The notes: a model not told the origin generated them from the letters alone. Counted from the first letter of the stretch, positions 20,345-28,082 are shown. The stretch: DNA of 53,333 nt from Vulcanimicrobiaceae bacterium (GCA_035505475.1 DATJQT010000175.1:1-53333), one strand, 5' to 3'. Program-made: numbers and translations.

Positions 20345-20470
20345 AGTCACCTTCTCCACCGCCATGATGAGATCGCCCTCGTTCTCCCGACCATCGTCGT
20401 CCGCGACGATTACCATCGTCCCGTCCTGGATGGTTTGGATGGCATCTTCGATCGCTGCGAAGTGACGTGG
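20345..20470 (-). pseudogene. ribB: Remnant of the N-terminus of 3,4-dihydroxy-2-butanone-4-phosphate synthase (ribB/ribBA)
   Basis: Own translation: [40 protein letters not shown], the DHBP synthase signature. Similarity stops after about 42 aa and the frame runs into the cytochrome c start. Confidence 0.6.
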
Positions 20471-20743
20471 GCTTGGCCACGGGTCCGCCCGCTGCTCATT
20501 GCCCCCGCCTTCAGGTCGCAGACGGGATCGCTAGGGACCGAGCCGGGATGTCTGTGATCATGCATTGGGCCCTGAACTCCTGCGCGGATGGCCGTCCGCC
20601 GGCACTCCGCAGTTTCGCACGAGGGTTACTGAGACTCGCTCGGCCGATGCGCACCGTCACGCGGTGTACGGCCGACGTCCCGCATGCGCGGGCGTCGCAT
20701 TCCTCCCGCTTGCTGAGTGCCTGGACGGGCGAGTACTCGTGCA

Positions 20744-21799
20744 TCAGCAGATCCTCGGGAGCTGCTCGCCGGACAGCCGCGTCAGGAATCGATGGCTGCC
20801 CAGGCGCGTGCACAGGACCACGCGGCCCGGATCTTCCGGCACCACGCGGCCCACCCGCCGGGCCTGGCCACCGTCGGGGTGCGCGTGGAGGGCGGCCAGG
20901 GCACGCTTCGCGTCCTCCTCGGGCAAGATGGCCAGGAATCGCCCTTCGCAGGCCACGTACAGGGGGTCGAAGCCCAGCAGCTCGCACGCCCCCTCCACCT
21001 CGGGCCGCACCGGGACCTGCGCTTCCTCGATGTGGATGCCCACCTGCGAGGCCACGGCGATCTCGTTGAGGGCGGTGGCCAGGCCGCCCCGCGTCGGGTC
21101 ACGGAGGACGTGCGTGCTCGGTGCGACGTCGAGGAGCGATGCCACCAGGGAGGCCACGGGCGCGCTGTCGGAAAGGAGCGCCGTCTCGAACTCTAGGTCC
21201 TCCCGGGCCGCCATGACTGCGATGCCGTGGTCCCCCACGGGCCCCGAGACCAGCACCGCGTCTCCCGCCCGCGCCCGCCCGGGGCCCACCGCGACGCCCT
21301 CGCGGACCCGCCCGATCCCCGCCGTATTGATGAAGATGCCGTCGCCCTTCCCCTTGTCCACCACCTTGGTGTCGCCGGTGACCAGGGGCGCCCCCAGCGC
21401 GGCACAGGCCCGCGCCATGGACGCCACGATCCGCCCGAGGTCGGCCAGCCTGAAGCCTTCTTCCAGTACGAGGCCGGCGCTGAGGAAGAGCGGCGCGGCA
21501 CCGCACATGGCGAGATCGTTGGCCGTGCCGTGGACGGCTAGCGAGCCGATGTCGCCCCCGGGGAAGAAGATGGGCTTGACGACGAACGTGTCGGTGCTGA
21601 AGGCCAGGCGGGCGCCAGCCACGGTGAGAATCGCCCCGTCGGCGAGGGCCTCAAGGTGCTCGTTCCGGAAGGCGGGCAGAAACAGGCGCTCGATGAGCCC
21701 CGCCGTCTTCGTCCCGCCCCCGCCGTGGGCAAGCTGGATGATGTCGTCATGGGCGATGGGCACTGGACAGGTGAGCATGGACTCGATTGTCTTCGACAT
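20744..21799 (-). CDS. hypE: Hydrogenase maturation carbamoyl dehydratase HypE
   Basis: MSKTIESMLTCPVP...HGGGG...GTANDLAMCGA... ending in the PRIC motif. Start at internal ATG 21799, 2 nt after the hypD stop. Confidence 0.93.
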   Translation of the reverse strand: MSKTIESMLTCPVPIAHDDIIQLAHGGGGTKTAGLIERLFLPAFRNEHLEALADGAILTVAGARLAFSTDTFVVKPIFFPGGDIGSLAVHGTANDLAMCGAAPLFLSAGLVLEEGFRLADLGRIVASMARACAALGAPLVTGDTKVVDKGKGDGIFINTAGIGRVREGVAVGPGRARAGDAVLVSGPVGDHGIAVMAAREDLEFETALLSDSAPVASLVASLLDVAPSTHVLRDPTRGGLATALNEIAVASQVGIHIEEAQVPVRPEVEGACELLGFDPLYVACEGRFLAILPEEDAKRALAALHAHPDGGQARRVGRVVPEDPGRVVLCTRLGSHRFLTRLSGEQLPRIC

Positions 21800-21801
21800 G
21801 G

Positions 21802-22917
21802 CTACCTCGCCGCCGGCGCGGCCGGCTCGGGGACGGGCCGGCGATAGTGGAAGTAGGCCGCGCAGGCCCCTTCCGAAGAGACCATGGTGGCCCCGAGCGG
21901 ATGCTCGGGCGTGCACCGGTGGCCGAACTCCGGGCACTCGGGGGGCTTGAGCCTGCCCTGGAGGACGAGGCCGCTCCGGCACTCTGCGGGCTCGCGCACG
22001 TCGAGTCCCTTCACGTCGAACACCTTCTCGGCGTCGAAGCGCGCGTACTTCGGTGCGAGGGTCAGGCCGCTCTCGGGGATCTCGCCCAGGCCCCGCCATT
22101 TCCGGTCCGAGACGACGAACACATCGTCTACCACCCGGCGTGCTGCCGGGTTCCCCTCGGCCTGCACTACCCGCGGGTAGGCGTTCTCCACCCGGCACGT
22201 GCCCGCCTCAAGCTGGCGCACGACGGCGTGCACGCCCCGCAGCAGGTCGAGAGGCTCGAAGCCCGTCACCGCGATGGGGATGCTGTGGCGTGCCGCGAGC
22301 GGCTCGTAGTCGCGGTATCCCGTGACGGCGCAGACGTGGCCGGGAGCGAGCAGGCCCTGGATGCGTGCGTCGGGACACGAGAGCAACACCTCGAGCGCCG
22401 GCGGCACGAGCACGTGGGCCACGATCACAGCGAAGTTGTCGAGGCCGAGTGTGGCCGCGCGCAGGACGGCCATGGCGTTGGCGGGCGCAGTGGTCTCGAA
22501 GCCCACCGCGAAGAAGACCACCCGCCGGTCCGGATGCTGGCGCGCTATCTTGAGTGCGTCCAGCGGCGAGTAGACGATGCGGACGTCGCCGCCGCGGGCC
22601 TTCACCGACAAGAGATCCTCGCGCGACCCGGGCACGCGTAGCATGTCCCCGAAGGAGCAGAAGACGACATCGGGACGGCCGGCAATCGCGACGGCTCGGT
22701 CGATCAGCTCTAGCGGCGTCACGCACACCGGGCAGCCGGGTCCGTGGACCAGCTCGACCTGCTCGGGCAGGAGCTGCTCCAGCCCGAACTTCAAGATGGA
22801 GTGCGTCTGGCCGCCACACACCTCCATGAGCGTCCAGGGCCGGGTCACCGTCTCGCGGATCTGCCGGCCCGCCGCCGCCACGGCGGAGGGATCGCGGTAC
22901 TCGTCAATGTGGCGCAT
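21802..22917 (-). CDS. hypD: Hydrogenase maturation protein HypD
   Basis: [10 protein letters not shown]..., MEVCGGQTH, and [10 protein letters not shown]. Confidence 0.93.
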   Translation of the reverse strand: MRHIDEYRDPSAVAAAGRQIRETVTRPWTLMEVCGGQTHSILKFGLEQLLPEQVELVHGPGCPVCVTPLELIDRAVAIAGRPDVVFCSFGDMLRVPGSREDLLSVKARGGDVRIVYSPLDALKIARQHPDRRVVFFAVGFETTAPANAMAVLRAATLGLDNFAVIVAHVLVPPALEVLLSCPDARIQGLLAPGHVCAVTGYRDYEPLAARHSIPIAVTGFEPLDLLRGVHAVVRQLEAGTCRVENAYPRVVQAEGNPAARRVVDDVFVVSDRKWRGLGEIPESGLTLAPKYARFDAEKVFDVKGLDVREPAECRSGLVLQGRLKPPECPEFGHRCTPEHPLGATMVSSEGACAAYFHYRRPVPEPAAPAAR

Positions 22918-23164
22918 CGCTCTCCTCCTCCGGAAGCTCGAGGGCACCGATCTCGGCCAGGATCGCGTACGTCTCGCGCGCGGTGTCCTCGTCGATGCGC
23001 GAGATGGCGAACCCCACGTGCACGAGCACGTAATCGCCCACCTGCGCCTCGGGCACGTATGCCAGGCACGCCGGCCGCACCACGCCTCCGAACTCCACGC
23101 GCGCGGTGCGTAGCTCGTCGCTCCCGGCGATCTCCACGACCCGACCCGGAACGGCTAGGCACAT
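22904..23164 (-). CDS. hypC: Hydrogenase maturation chaperone HypC
   Basis: [12 protein letters not shown]... with the canonical N-terminal Met-Cys and VLVHVGFAI. Confidence 0.9.
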   Translation of the reverse strand: MCLAVPGRVVEIAGSDELRTARVEFGGVVRPACLAYVPEAQVGDYVLVHVGFAISRIDEDTARETYAILAEIGALELPEEESDAPH

Positions 23165-23418
23165 GACGTGTGCTCCTCCTCGGTCGAGGGCATCTCCCCC
23201 CCTCGCACGACCGCCACCGCTGCTCCCGCCTCCACCAGCACCGCGTCACCCACGCCCGCCTCGGGCACGGCGTCCAGCGCGATCGCCCGGAGCGCACCGC
23301 GCAGGCTCACCGTCCCTTCGCGCCCCTCGGGGGTCTGCCGTGCCTCGATCAGCCGCCCGATGAAGAGGCTCACGACGCCCTCCCCGCCGCCGCAGTCGGC
23401 CGTCCCGCCACGACGCAC
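23155..23418 (-). CDS. HypC/HupF-like paralogue lacking the N-terminal Cys
   Basis: SLFIGRLIEARQTPEGREGTVSLRGALRAIALDAVPEAGVGDAVLVEAGAAVAVV aligns with HypC ([11 protein letters not shown]...[21 protein letters not shown]). It has a 17-aa extension, Ser in place of Cys, and Glu in place of the conserved His. Confidence 0.6.
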   Translation of the reverse strand: MRRGGTADCGGGEGVVSLFIGRLIEARQTPEGREGTVSLRGALRAIALDAVPEAGVGDAVLVEAGAAVAVVRGGEMPSTEEEHTSCA

Positions 23419-23496
23419 GCCACCGAGTCGTACCGCACGATACGCAGTGCAAATACTTCTCGCTTGACACTGTCTATATGTGAGCTCTCCATGCCT

Positions 23497-23922
23497 TTAA
23501 CCGTTCGTCGCGGGGCGTACCGTTGTACCCATGCCCCTCTGTTTCTGGCAGACACCGCGGTCAAACCGGGTGATCTCGCGGATCGCGACGACGAGCGCTT
23601 CCGCATGCTCCCGAGTGTTGAACTGACCGAAGCTGGCCCGCACCGTCCCCGCCGGAAAGGTCCCGAGAGCCCGGTGGGCAGCGGAGGCGCAATGCAGGCC
23701 GCCCCGGACCGCGATCCCGAACGCTTCGTCGAGCATCGTGGCCGCGAGGGCAACGTCAGCGCGATCCATCGTGAACGAAACGACGCCGGTCTGCGGGTCA
23801 CCCGGTCCGCACCACACATGCACGCCTTCGAGCTGGCGCAATCCGTCCACCAGGATGCGTGCGAGCATGGCCTCGTGTGCGGCAATGGTGGTCATTCCCA
23901 CGCAGCCGCAGGTGTCACACAT
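23497..23922 (-). CDS. Stand-alone C-terminal domain of a class-V aminotransferase / cysteine-desulfurase-like protein (may be a truncated pseudogene)
   Basis: MCDTCGCVGMTTIAAHEAMLARILVDGL...GVVSFTM...FGIAVRGGLHCASAAHRALG..GTVRASFGQFNT matches the small C-terminal domain (SufS/CsdA style ...AVRAGHHCA...RASF..YNT). The roughly 250-aa PLP-binding part is absent. The ATG lies 12 nt after the hypA stop. Confidence 0.55.
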   Translation of the reverse strand: MCDTCGCVGMTTIAAHEAMLARILVDGLRQLEGVHVWCGPGDPQTGVVSFTMDRADVALAATMLDEAFGIAVRGGLHCASAAHRALGTFPAGTVRASFGQFNTREHAEALVVAIREITRFDRGVCQKQRGMGTTVRPATNG

Positions 23923-23933
23923 TGGCTCGCCTC

Positions 23934-24275
23934 TTACTCGCCGTCGAACGACTTCACTCGCAACTCTCGTCCTTGCAAGAGATGGGCCCCCAACCGTCCA
24001 CACGCGGGGCACGGCGCCAACATGCCGATCGGTTCGAACTCATGGAGACAGTTTCGGAAGCGAGCGCGCAGCAGCACCGCCGCGATGACCGGTTCGGCGC
24101 CGTGCGCCACCGTCTCCTCCACCACAACGTCGAAGCAGAATTGCAGCGCTGTCGGATCGACACCCGCGGCGGCACCGATTTCTACGACCACGCGGGTCAC
24201 GGTGCGTATCCCCTCGGTTCGCGTGCATCCCAACACCAAGTCGACGATGCTCTGGCTCAGCGCCAGTTCGTGCAT
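23934..24275 (-). CDS. hypA: Hydrogenase nickel-insertion protein HypA (atypical Zn site)
   Basis: MHELALSQSIVDLV... 113 aa. C-terminal FRNCLHEF-x9-CPACG, where the usual CxxC...CxxC has Phe in place of the first Cys. Confidence 0.85.
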   Translation of the reverse strand: MHELALSQSIVDLVLGCTRTEGIRTVTRVVVEIGAAAGVDPTALQFCFDVVVEETVAHGAEPVIAAVLLRARFRNCLHEFEPIGMLAPCPACGRLGAHLLQGRELRVKSFDGE

Positions 24276-24342
24276 CGGTTCCCATGACCCCGAGCAGCAG
24301 CACACTGCCACCGGAAGAAAGCACAGAACGGGCCCGGAGTGC

Positions 24343-24798
24343 TCATGGTTGACCTCCTCCTGCCGGGCTACCATCCTTGCCCTGCGCCCGCAGGAGAAGG
24401 ACCGGAACGCGCGCGTGCCGGACCACGTGCTCCGCGACGCTCCCGAGCAACAAACGACTGAGGTTGCTCCGCCCGTGCGTCGACATCGCCACCAAGTCGA
24501 TCGCATTGTCCGCGATATGGGCGAGGATTTCGTGAGACGCTTCCCCGTAGCGCACGGCGGTGTGGACGCGGATCCCTGCCGCACGGAGGCGCACGGCCAA
24601 GTTCGCGACATACGCTTCGGCTTTTTGGACGACGTCGACCTCCTCCGCGGTGGGATCGACCCCGGGGAACACATGGGCCTCGGTGACCCGGAGCAGGCAC
24701 AGCTCGGCCCCGAGGGACCGAACCAATTCCTGTACTCGGGGCAGGACGGCTTCCGCCAGGGGCGATCCGTCGAGCGGGACTAAAATCCGCTTGAACAT
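24343..24798 (-). CDS. Universal stress protein (UspA family)
   Basis: MFKRILVPLDGSPLAE...MSTHGRSNLSRLLLGSVAEHVVRHARVPVLLL. Strong RBS GGAGGGGAGGAAA upstream of ATG 24798. Confidence 0.9.
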   Translation of the reverse strand: MFKRILVPLDGSPLAEAVLPRVQELVRSLGAELCLLRVTEAHVFPGVDPTAEEVDVVQKAEAYVANLAVRLRAAGIRVHTAVRYGEASHEILAHIADNAIDLVAMSTHGRSNLSRLLLGSVAEHVVRHARVPVLLLRAQGKDGSPAGGGQP

Positions 24799-24884
24799 GG
24801 CCCTTTCCTCCCCTCCGCGCCCGGCGCAAGGACCCGCGCCGGGTCGGCGGTCCCGAGTACTTCGATGAAATCGTGCATGGCCAG

Positions 24885-24980
24885 GGGCACGGTTAGCACG
24901 GGACAGCGCGCCGTGCGGACGATCCGCTCCGCAACACTCGTTAGCATCAGATGCGACAGTCCCCGCCGGCCGTGGGCCCC
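24885..24980 (-). pseudogene. C-terminal remnant of a second Usp gene
   Basis: Own translation of another minus frame: GRRGLSHLMLTSVAERIVRTARCPVLTVP, the Usp C-terminal signature. A stop (TAG 25002-25004) lies just upstream and there is no N-terminal part. Confidence 0.55.
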
Positions 24981-25031
24981 ATTTTCCGGCGCGAGCGACG
25001 GCTAAATCCGTTGATAGCAGAGAGGTACTTG

Positions 25032-25202
25032 TTACTCGCGGTTTGCTTGTCTTTCGCGGACGATGAAACCGCCGAACAGGTATGCGGCCGAGACGACGAG
25101 GAGGACTGTGCCCAGGGCCTTCAGGTCGCCTTCGGAAGACATGTAATAGCTTGCACCTCCGCCAAATATCATCACCAGGCACAAGGTAAGCATTGCCGAC
25201 AT
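25032..25202 (-). CDS. Small two-helix membrane protein (56 aa), hypothetical
   Basis: MSAMLTLCLVMIFGGGASYYMSSEGDLKALGTVLLVVSAAYLFGGFIV. GGGGGAGG RBS 6 nt upstream of ATG 25202. The longer track ORF (to 25313) is possible. Confidence 0.45.
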   Translation of the reverse strand: MSAMLTLCLVMIFGGGASYYMSSEGDLKALGTVLLVVSAAYLFGGFIVRERQANRE

Positions 25203-25376
25203 GGAAAACCTCCCCCGTAGACGCGCCCGAGGGGGGCGAGAGCCTTCCCAGGTGAAAAGCCCAGAGTCCGGCCATCCGTCGCCACGCCAAGAAGATGCCA
25301 AGTTATTGCTCATCAGATTTCAACAAGTTGGCGTCTGAACCATTGACGAATGGAAGCCGATCTCATCTGCCCAGGG

Positions 25377-25451
25377 TCATGGAAGAATCACTTCTGAAAA
25401 AGATTCCGTGGCCAACTTCCCGATGATGCGCTCAACCGCTGTTTGACTCAT
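25377..25451 (-). CDS. 24-codon micro-ORF directly downstream of a sigma-54 promoter
   Basis: MSQTAVERIIGKLATESFSEVILP*. The ATG lies about 30 nt downstream of the predicted TSS, with GGAAGGAA upstream. Below the ORF-track cutoff. It may be the head of a decayed longer gene, because the frame continues after the TGA. Confidence 0.3.
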   Translation of the reverse strand: MSQTAVERIIGKLATESFSEVILP

Positions 25452-25489
25452 GATTCCCTGTTCCTTCCTTTCGGACGGCAGACAGGAAT

Positions 25490-25505
25490 TGCATCGTCGG
25501 TGCCA
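25490..25505 (-). promoter_or_regulatory. Sigma-54 type promoter (-24/-12)
   Basis: The minus strand reads TGGCAC-CGACG-ATGCA. GG-N10-GC spacing is exact, and the site is about 110 nt downstream of motif copy D. Confidence 0.6.
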
Positions 25506-25578
25506 CGGGTCGACGGGGATCAGGCGCTTGAAATCTCACGCGATGCGAGGCTCACTCCGTCTGGCTTGATTCGGCGAT

Positions 25579-25614
25579 TTCCAATAGATTGGAAGTGGTC
25601 ACGAAATATTGGAA
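25579..25614 (-). promoter_or_regulatory. Enhancer-like bipartite motif, copy D
   Basis: Minus strand: TTCCAATATTTCGTG-ACCACTTC-CAATCTATTG-GAA. It shares the 15-nt core and the CAA-N4-TTG palindrome with copies A, B and C. Confidence 0.6.
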
Positions 25615-25707
25615 GGGCTTTCTCTGCCATGGCGCTTGCGGCGAGATCGCGGGGCTCCCGTCACCTCCCGGAGAAGGGTTTAAGCTAACGCGGCACCCGT
25701 GGTCGAA

Positions 25708-27057
25708 CTACTCCCGGTCACTACTCGCCGTCTCTTCGGAGCGGATGTCTTCGTGAGCTAGGCGTGGCATCACGCCGCGCCTCCGCCGGGCCACCCGCCA
25801 GATGCCCAGCACGAGCAGCCCCAGGCCCAAGCCACTCATCAGGCTGATACCCAATCGCCGGGCCAGCCCGCCGGGCCCGGCCGCCTGCATCCGCACCCGG
25901 GCCTTGACGCCGAGCTGGGCGACATCCATGAACCCCGGCCGAATCCGCTCGGCGGCCTCGACGGCCTGGAGGGTGCGCCGGTAGTCCTGCTGGAAGAAGC
26001 TGTGCACCGCCTGATCCCAGGCGCGCGCAAAGGGGCTGTCCGCCGTCGGGGTCAAGTTAATCGTGCGCGCGAACTCCTGGACCGTCTCGACCGGGATCAG
26101 GAAATTGAACCCTTGGATCGCCTGATCGCCATCCAGGGTCGTGGAGATGAACGTGGCCACGCCGATCACCTTTCCGCCCGGGCCGAAGGCGGGGCCGCCG
26201 CTATCTCCCCAGGTGATGGCCGCATCCGTCTGGATCACCCGGCGGTTGGTGATGTCAGTCTTGAATCCGGACACCCGGCCGACGGTGACCGAAGCGTCCA
26301 GGGCGGACTGCTTGCTCAGGAAATCATGGTTGAGAACCACCCCGGGATACCCGATCACGAAGAGGGGCTCCCCAATCAACACCCCCTGACTGTTCAAGGC
26401 TAGGGGCACGGTGGGGAGGTCGGTTGCGGCAATCTTGAGCAGGGCGACGTCCTTGCCGAAACGGTCCATCGGACCCATGTCCTGGCGGGCGATCCGGGCA
26501 GGGGCATCGGGGTTGAGTGCGGGGCTATAGGCCATGACCTCGGCCGGGAAGGTCTGGCCGTTCGAGAGGTGGACCTCGAGGTCGGCGGTCAGCTGCACCT
26601 GCCCGCGATTCCGCGGATCGGCGGCCAGGGCGGCGAGCCGCGCCGTGCGGATCCGGTCGGGCAACCGGGCCAGCCCGGGACCACAGGCCTTTTGCACGGC
26701 GGTGTGCACGAAGTCGTCCACGAGCGTCGGATCATTCCTCTTCTCGTAGGAGGCCGTGACCACATGGCCGTTCGTGGCGATGTAGCCATCCGGATGGATC
26801 ACAAACCCGCTGCCGGTTTCGTAATACGGATCGGGCTGGACGGTCTGCGCTGGGCCGGACCCGCAGCGGAGGGTCACCTCGGCGTTGACTTGGCTGCTGA
26901 TCAACACCACGGCCGGCCGGACCCGCAGAATGCTGGCCTCGAGCCGGATTGCGCCCGGGCTCGGACCGGACGTCACCCAGGTAGGCAGCGCCAACCAGCA
27001 GATTGCGGTCGCAATCAGCATCGGACCATGCCGGCAAATCGACATCATCGTCCCCAT
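25708..27057 (-). CDS. Trypsin-like (S1/S1C) serine protease with N-terminal signal and C-terminal TM anchor; no PDZ domain seen
   Basis: Catalytic triad contexts TNGHVV, DVALLKI and GDSGGPAF. C-terminal LMSGLGLGLLVLGIW followed by RVARRRRG. Confidence 0.85.
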   Translation of the reverse strand: MGTMMSICRHGPMLIATAICWLALPTWVTSGPSPGAIRLEASILRVRPAVVLISSQVNAEVTLRCGSGPAQTVQPDPYYETGSGFVIHPDGYIATNGHVVTASYEKRNDPTLVDDFVHTAVQKACGPGLARLPDRIRTARLAALAADPRNRGQVQLTADLEVHLSNGQTFPAEVMAYSPALNPDAPARIARQDMGPMDRFGKDVALLKIAATDLPTVPLALNSQGVLIGEPLFVIGYPGVVLNHDFLSKQSALDASVTVGRVSGFKTDITNRRVIQTDAAITWGDSGGPAFGPGGKVIGVATFISTTLDGDQAIQGFNFLIPVETVQEFARTINLTPTADSPFARAWDQAVHSFFQQDYRRTLQAVEAAERIRPGFMDVAQLGVKARVRMQAAGPGGLARRLGISLMSGLGLGLLVLGIWRVARRRRGVMPRLAHEDIRSEETASSDRE

Positions 27058-27337
27058 GCTGATGGGTATTCCAACACTCGCTGAGCCGGTCGGCCCGCAC
27101 TCAGAACAGCGTTTGTCGCCGCGGCCGCGCTCAGGCCGCCTTGGACTTCCGCTCTGCCCGTGTCAAGAAAGGCCTGCCGTTCCCGGTTGATGTCGTCCGC
27201 CTGCAGTCCGCGGTACGTCCTTCATCACTCCGAGGTGGACGCCTTTGAGCAAAGCCGACGGCTGGGCCGTCCCCCGGACCCGCAGGCGTGCCGGGCCATG
27301 CTGGCTGCTGCGAAGTGGGACAGCAGGCATGGCAAGA

Positions 27338-27616
27338 TCACAACTCGGGCACGTTCCGTTGCAATATGTTCTTGAAGGTCCGGCGCAGCTCGCGGAGCAA
27401 TGCCTCGTCCGGGATGGGCCGCAGAATCGTCCGCACGGTGAAGCCGCAGGTCCGGCAGCGCGTGTACTGGTACTCCCACTCGCCGTCTTGCTCGACGGGA
27501 CTCACGGCCTCCATACCCGTGAAGCAACAGGCGTTCGCTCGCGAGGGGGAGATGATCCGTTCCGGGTACAGGTTCTTCGGCGCTTTCGCGTCGGTGTACT
27601 CAACGATACTCGCCAT
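27338..27616 (-). CDS. Small Cys-containing (zinc-ribbon-like) protein, 92 aa, hypothetical
   Basis: MASIVEYTDAKAPKNLYPERIISPSRANACCFTG...YQYTRCRTCGFTV.... Internal start of track ORF 27338..27793; the upstream part of that ORF covers a promoter-like site. Confidence 0.45.
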   Translation of the reverse strand: MASIVEYTDAKAPKNLYPERIISPSRANACCFTGMEAVSPVEQDGEWEYQYTRCRTCGFTVRTILRPIPDEALLRELRRTFKNILQRNVPEL

Positions 27617-27716
27617 GACTGATGCTCCTACGCACCTCGTGCTTCGAGACATAACCCTCATCACGGCCGGTCGGGGCTCGTTCTGTCGTTCAACAACCGC
27701 GGCAGCAGATGTGTCG

Positions 27717-27732
27717 TGCACGCGGGATGCCA
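27717..27732 (-). promoter_or_regulatory. Sigma-54-like promoter (weaker)
   Basis: The minus strand reads TGGCAT-CCCGC-GTGCA with correct GG-N10-GC spacing. It lies about 100 nt upstream of ATG 27616 and about 240 nt from motif copy A, in divergent arrangement. Confidence 0.4.
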
Positions 27733-27972
27733 CGACCCGTGAAAAAGTCCTGAGCGCAAGAGCAGGCCCACCGGAGGTGGAGGGATAGCGCACAATCCGA
27801 GCGCCCTGGCGGGATAGCGGTAAACGAGCAGGACAACACCCAACACCAAATTATCGTGTTTTTCCGACCAGGACGGGTCGCTGGGTCGCCCGCCTGAAAG
27901 GTACCGCACATCACCGACATCATTCGAGATTTGCCGCCAGATCGATCTGGAGATCGACCGCATCGTTCTGTC

Positions 27973-28010
27973 TTCCAACATTTCGTCACGCGCTTCCAAC
28001 ATCTTGCAAC
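27973..28010 (+). promoter_or_regulatory. Enhancer-like bipartite motif, copy A
   Basis: TTCCAACATTTCGTC-ACGCGCTTC-CAACATCTTG-CAAC. Confidence 0.6.
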
Positions 28011-28082
28011 GCTGGTGCGCCTCGCCTGCATGAAACTGCTGAATGATGGTGCGGGTGTGCGATTCGCGGCCGACCGCTCGCT

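Noticed and set aside
20470-20743. Searched for an FMN (RFN) riboswitch upstream of the ribB remnant.
   Set aside because: I could not find the conserved GGGTGAAATTCC...CCGACAGT...AGTCTGGATG blocks by eye. Only vague resemblances were present. A covariance-model scan is needed before any claim.
25443-25688. 81-aa plus-strand ORF.
   Set aside because: It spans promoter D and motif D on the opposite strand, and has no RBS and no homology.
27067-27081. Partial match to the enhancer core (TTCCAACACTCGCTG), just upstream of the protease start on the opposite strand.
   Set aside because: Only 11 of 15 core positions match. There is no CAA-N4-TTG palindrome and no -24/-12 element at the expected distance on the plus strand.
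27346-27362. Plus-strand GGCACG-TTCCG-TTGCA, which looks like a sigma-54 promoter.
   Set aside because: The GG-to-GC spacing is one nt too long (N11 rather than N10). It lies inside the 3' end of the Zn-ribbon ORF, and no plus-strand gene follows.
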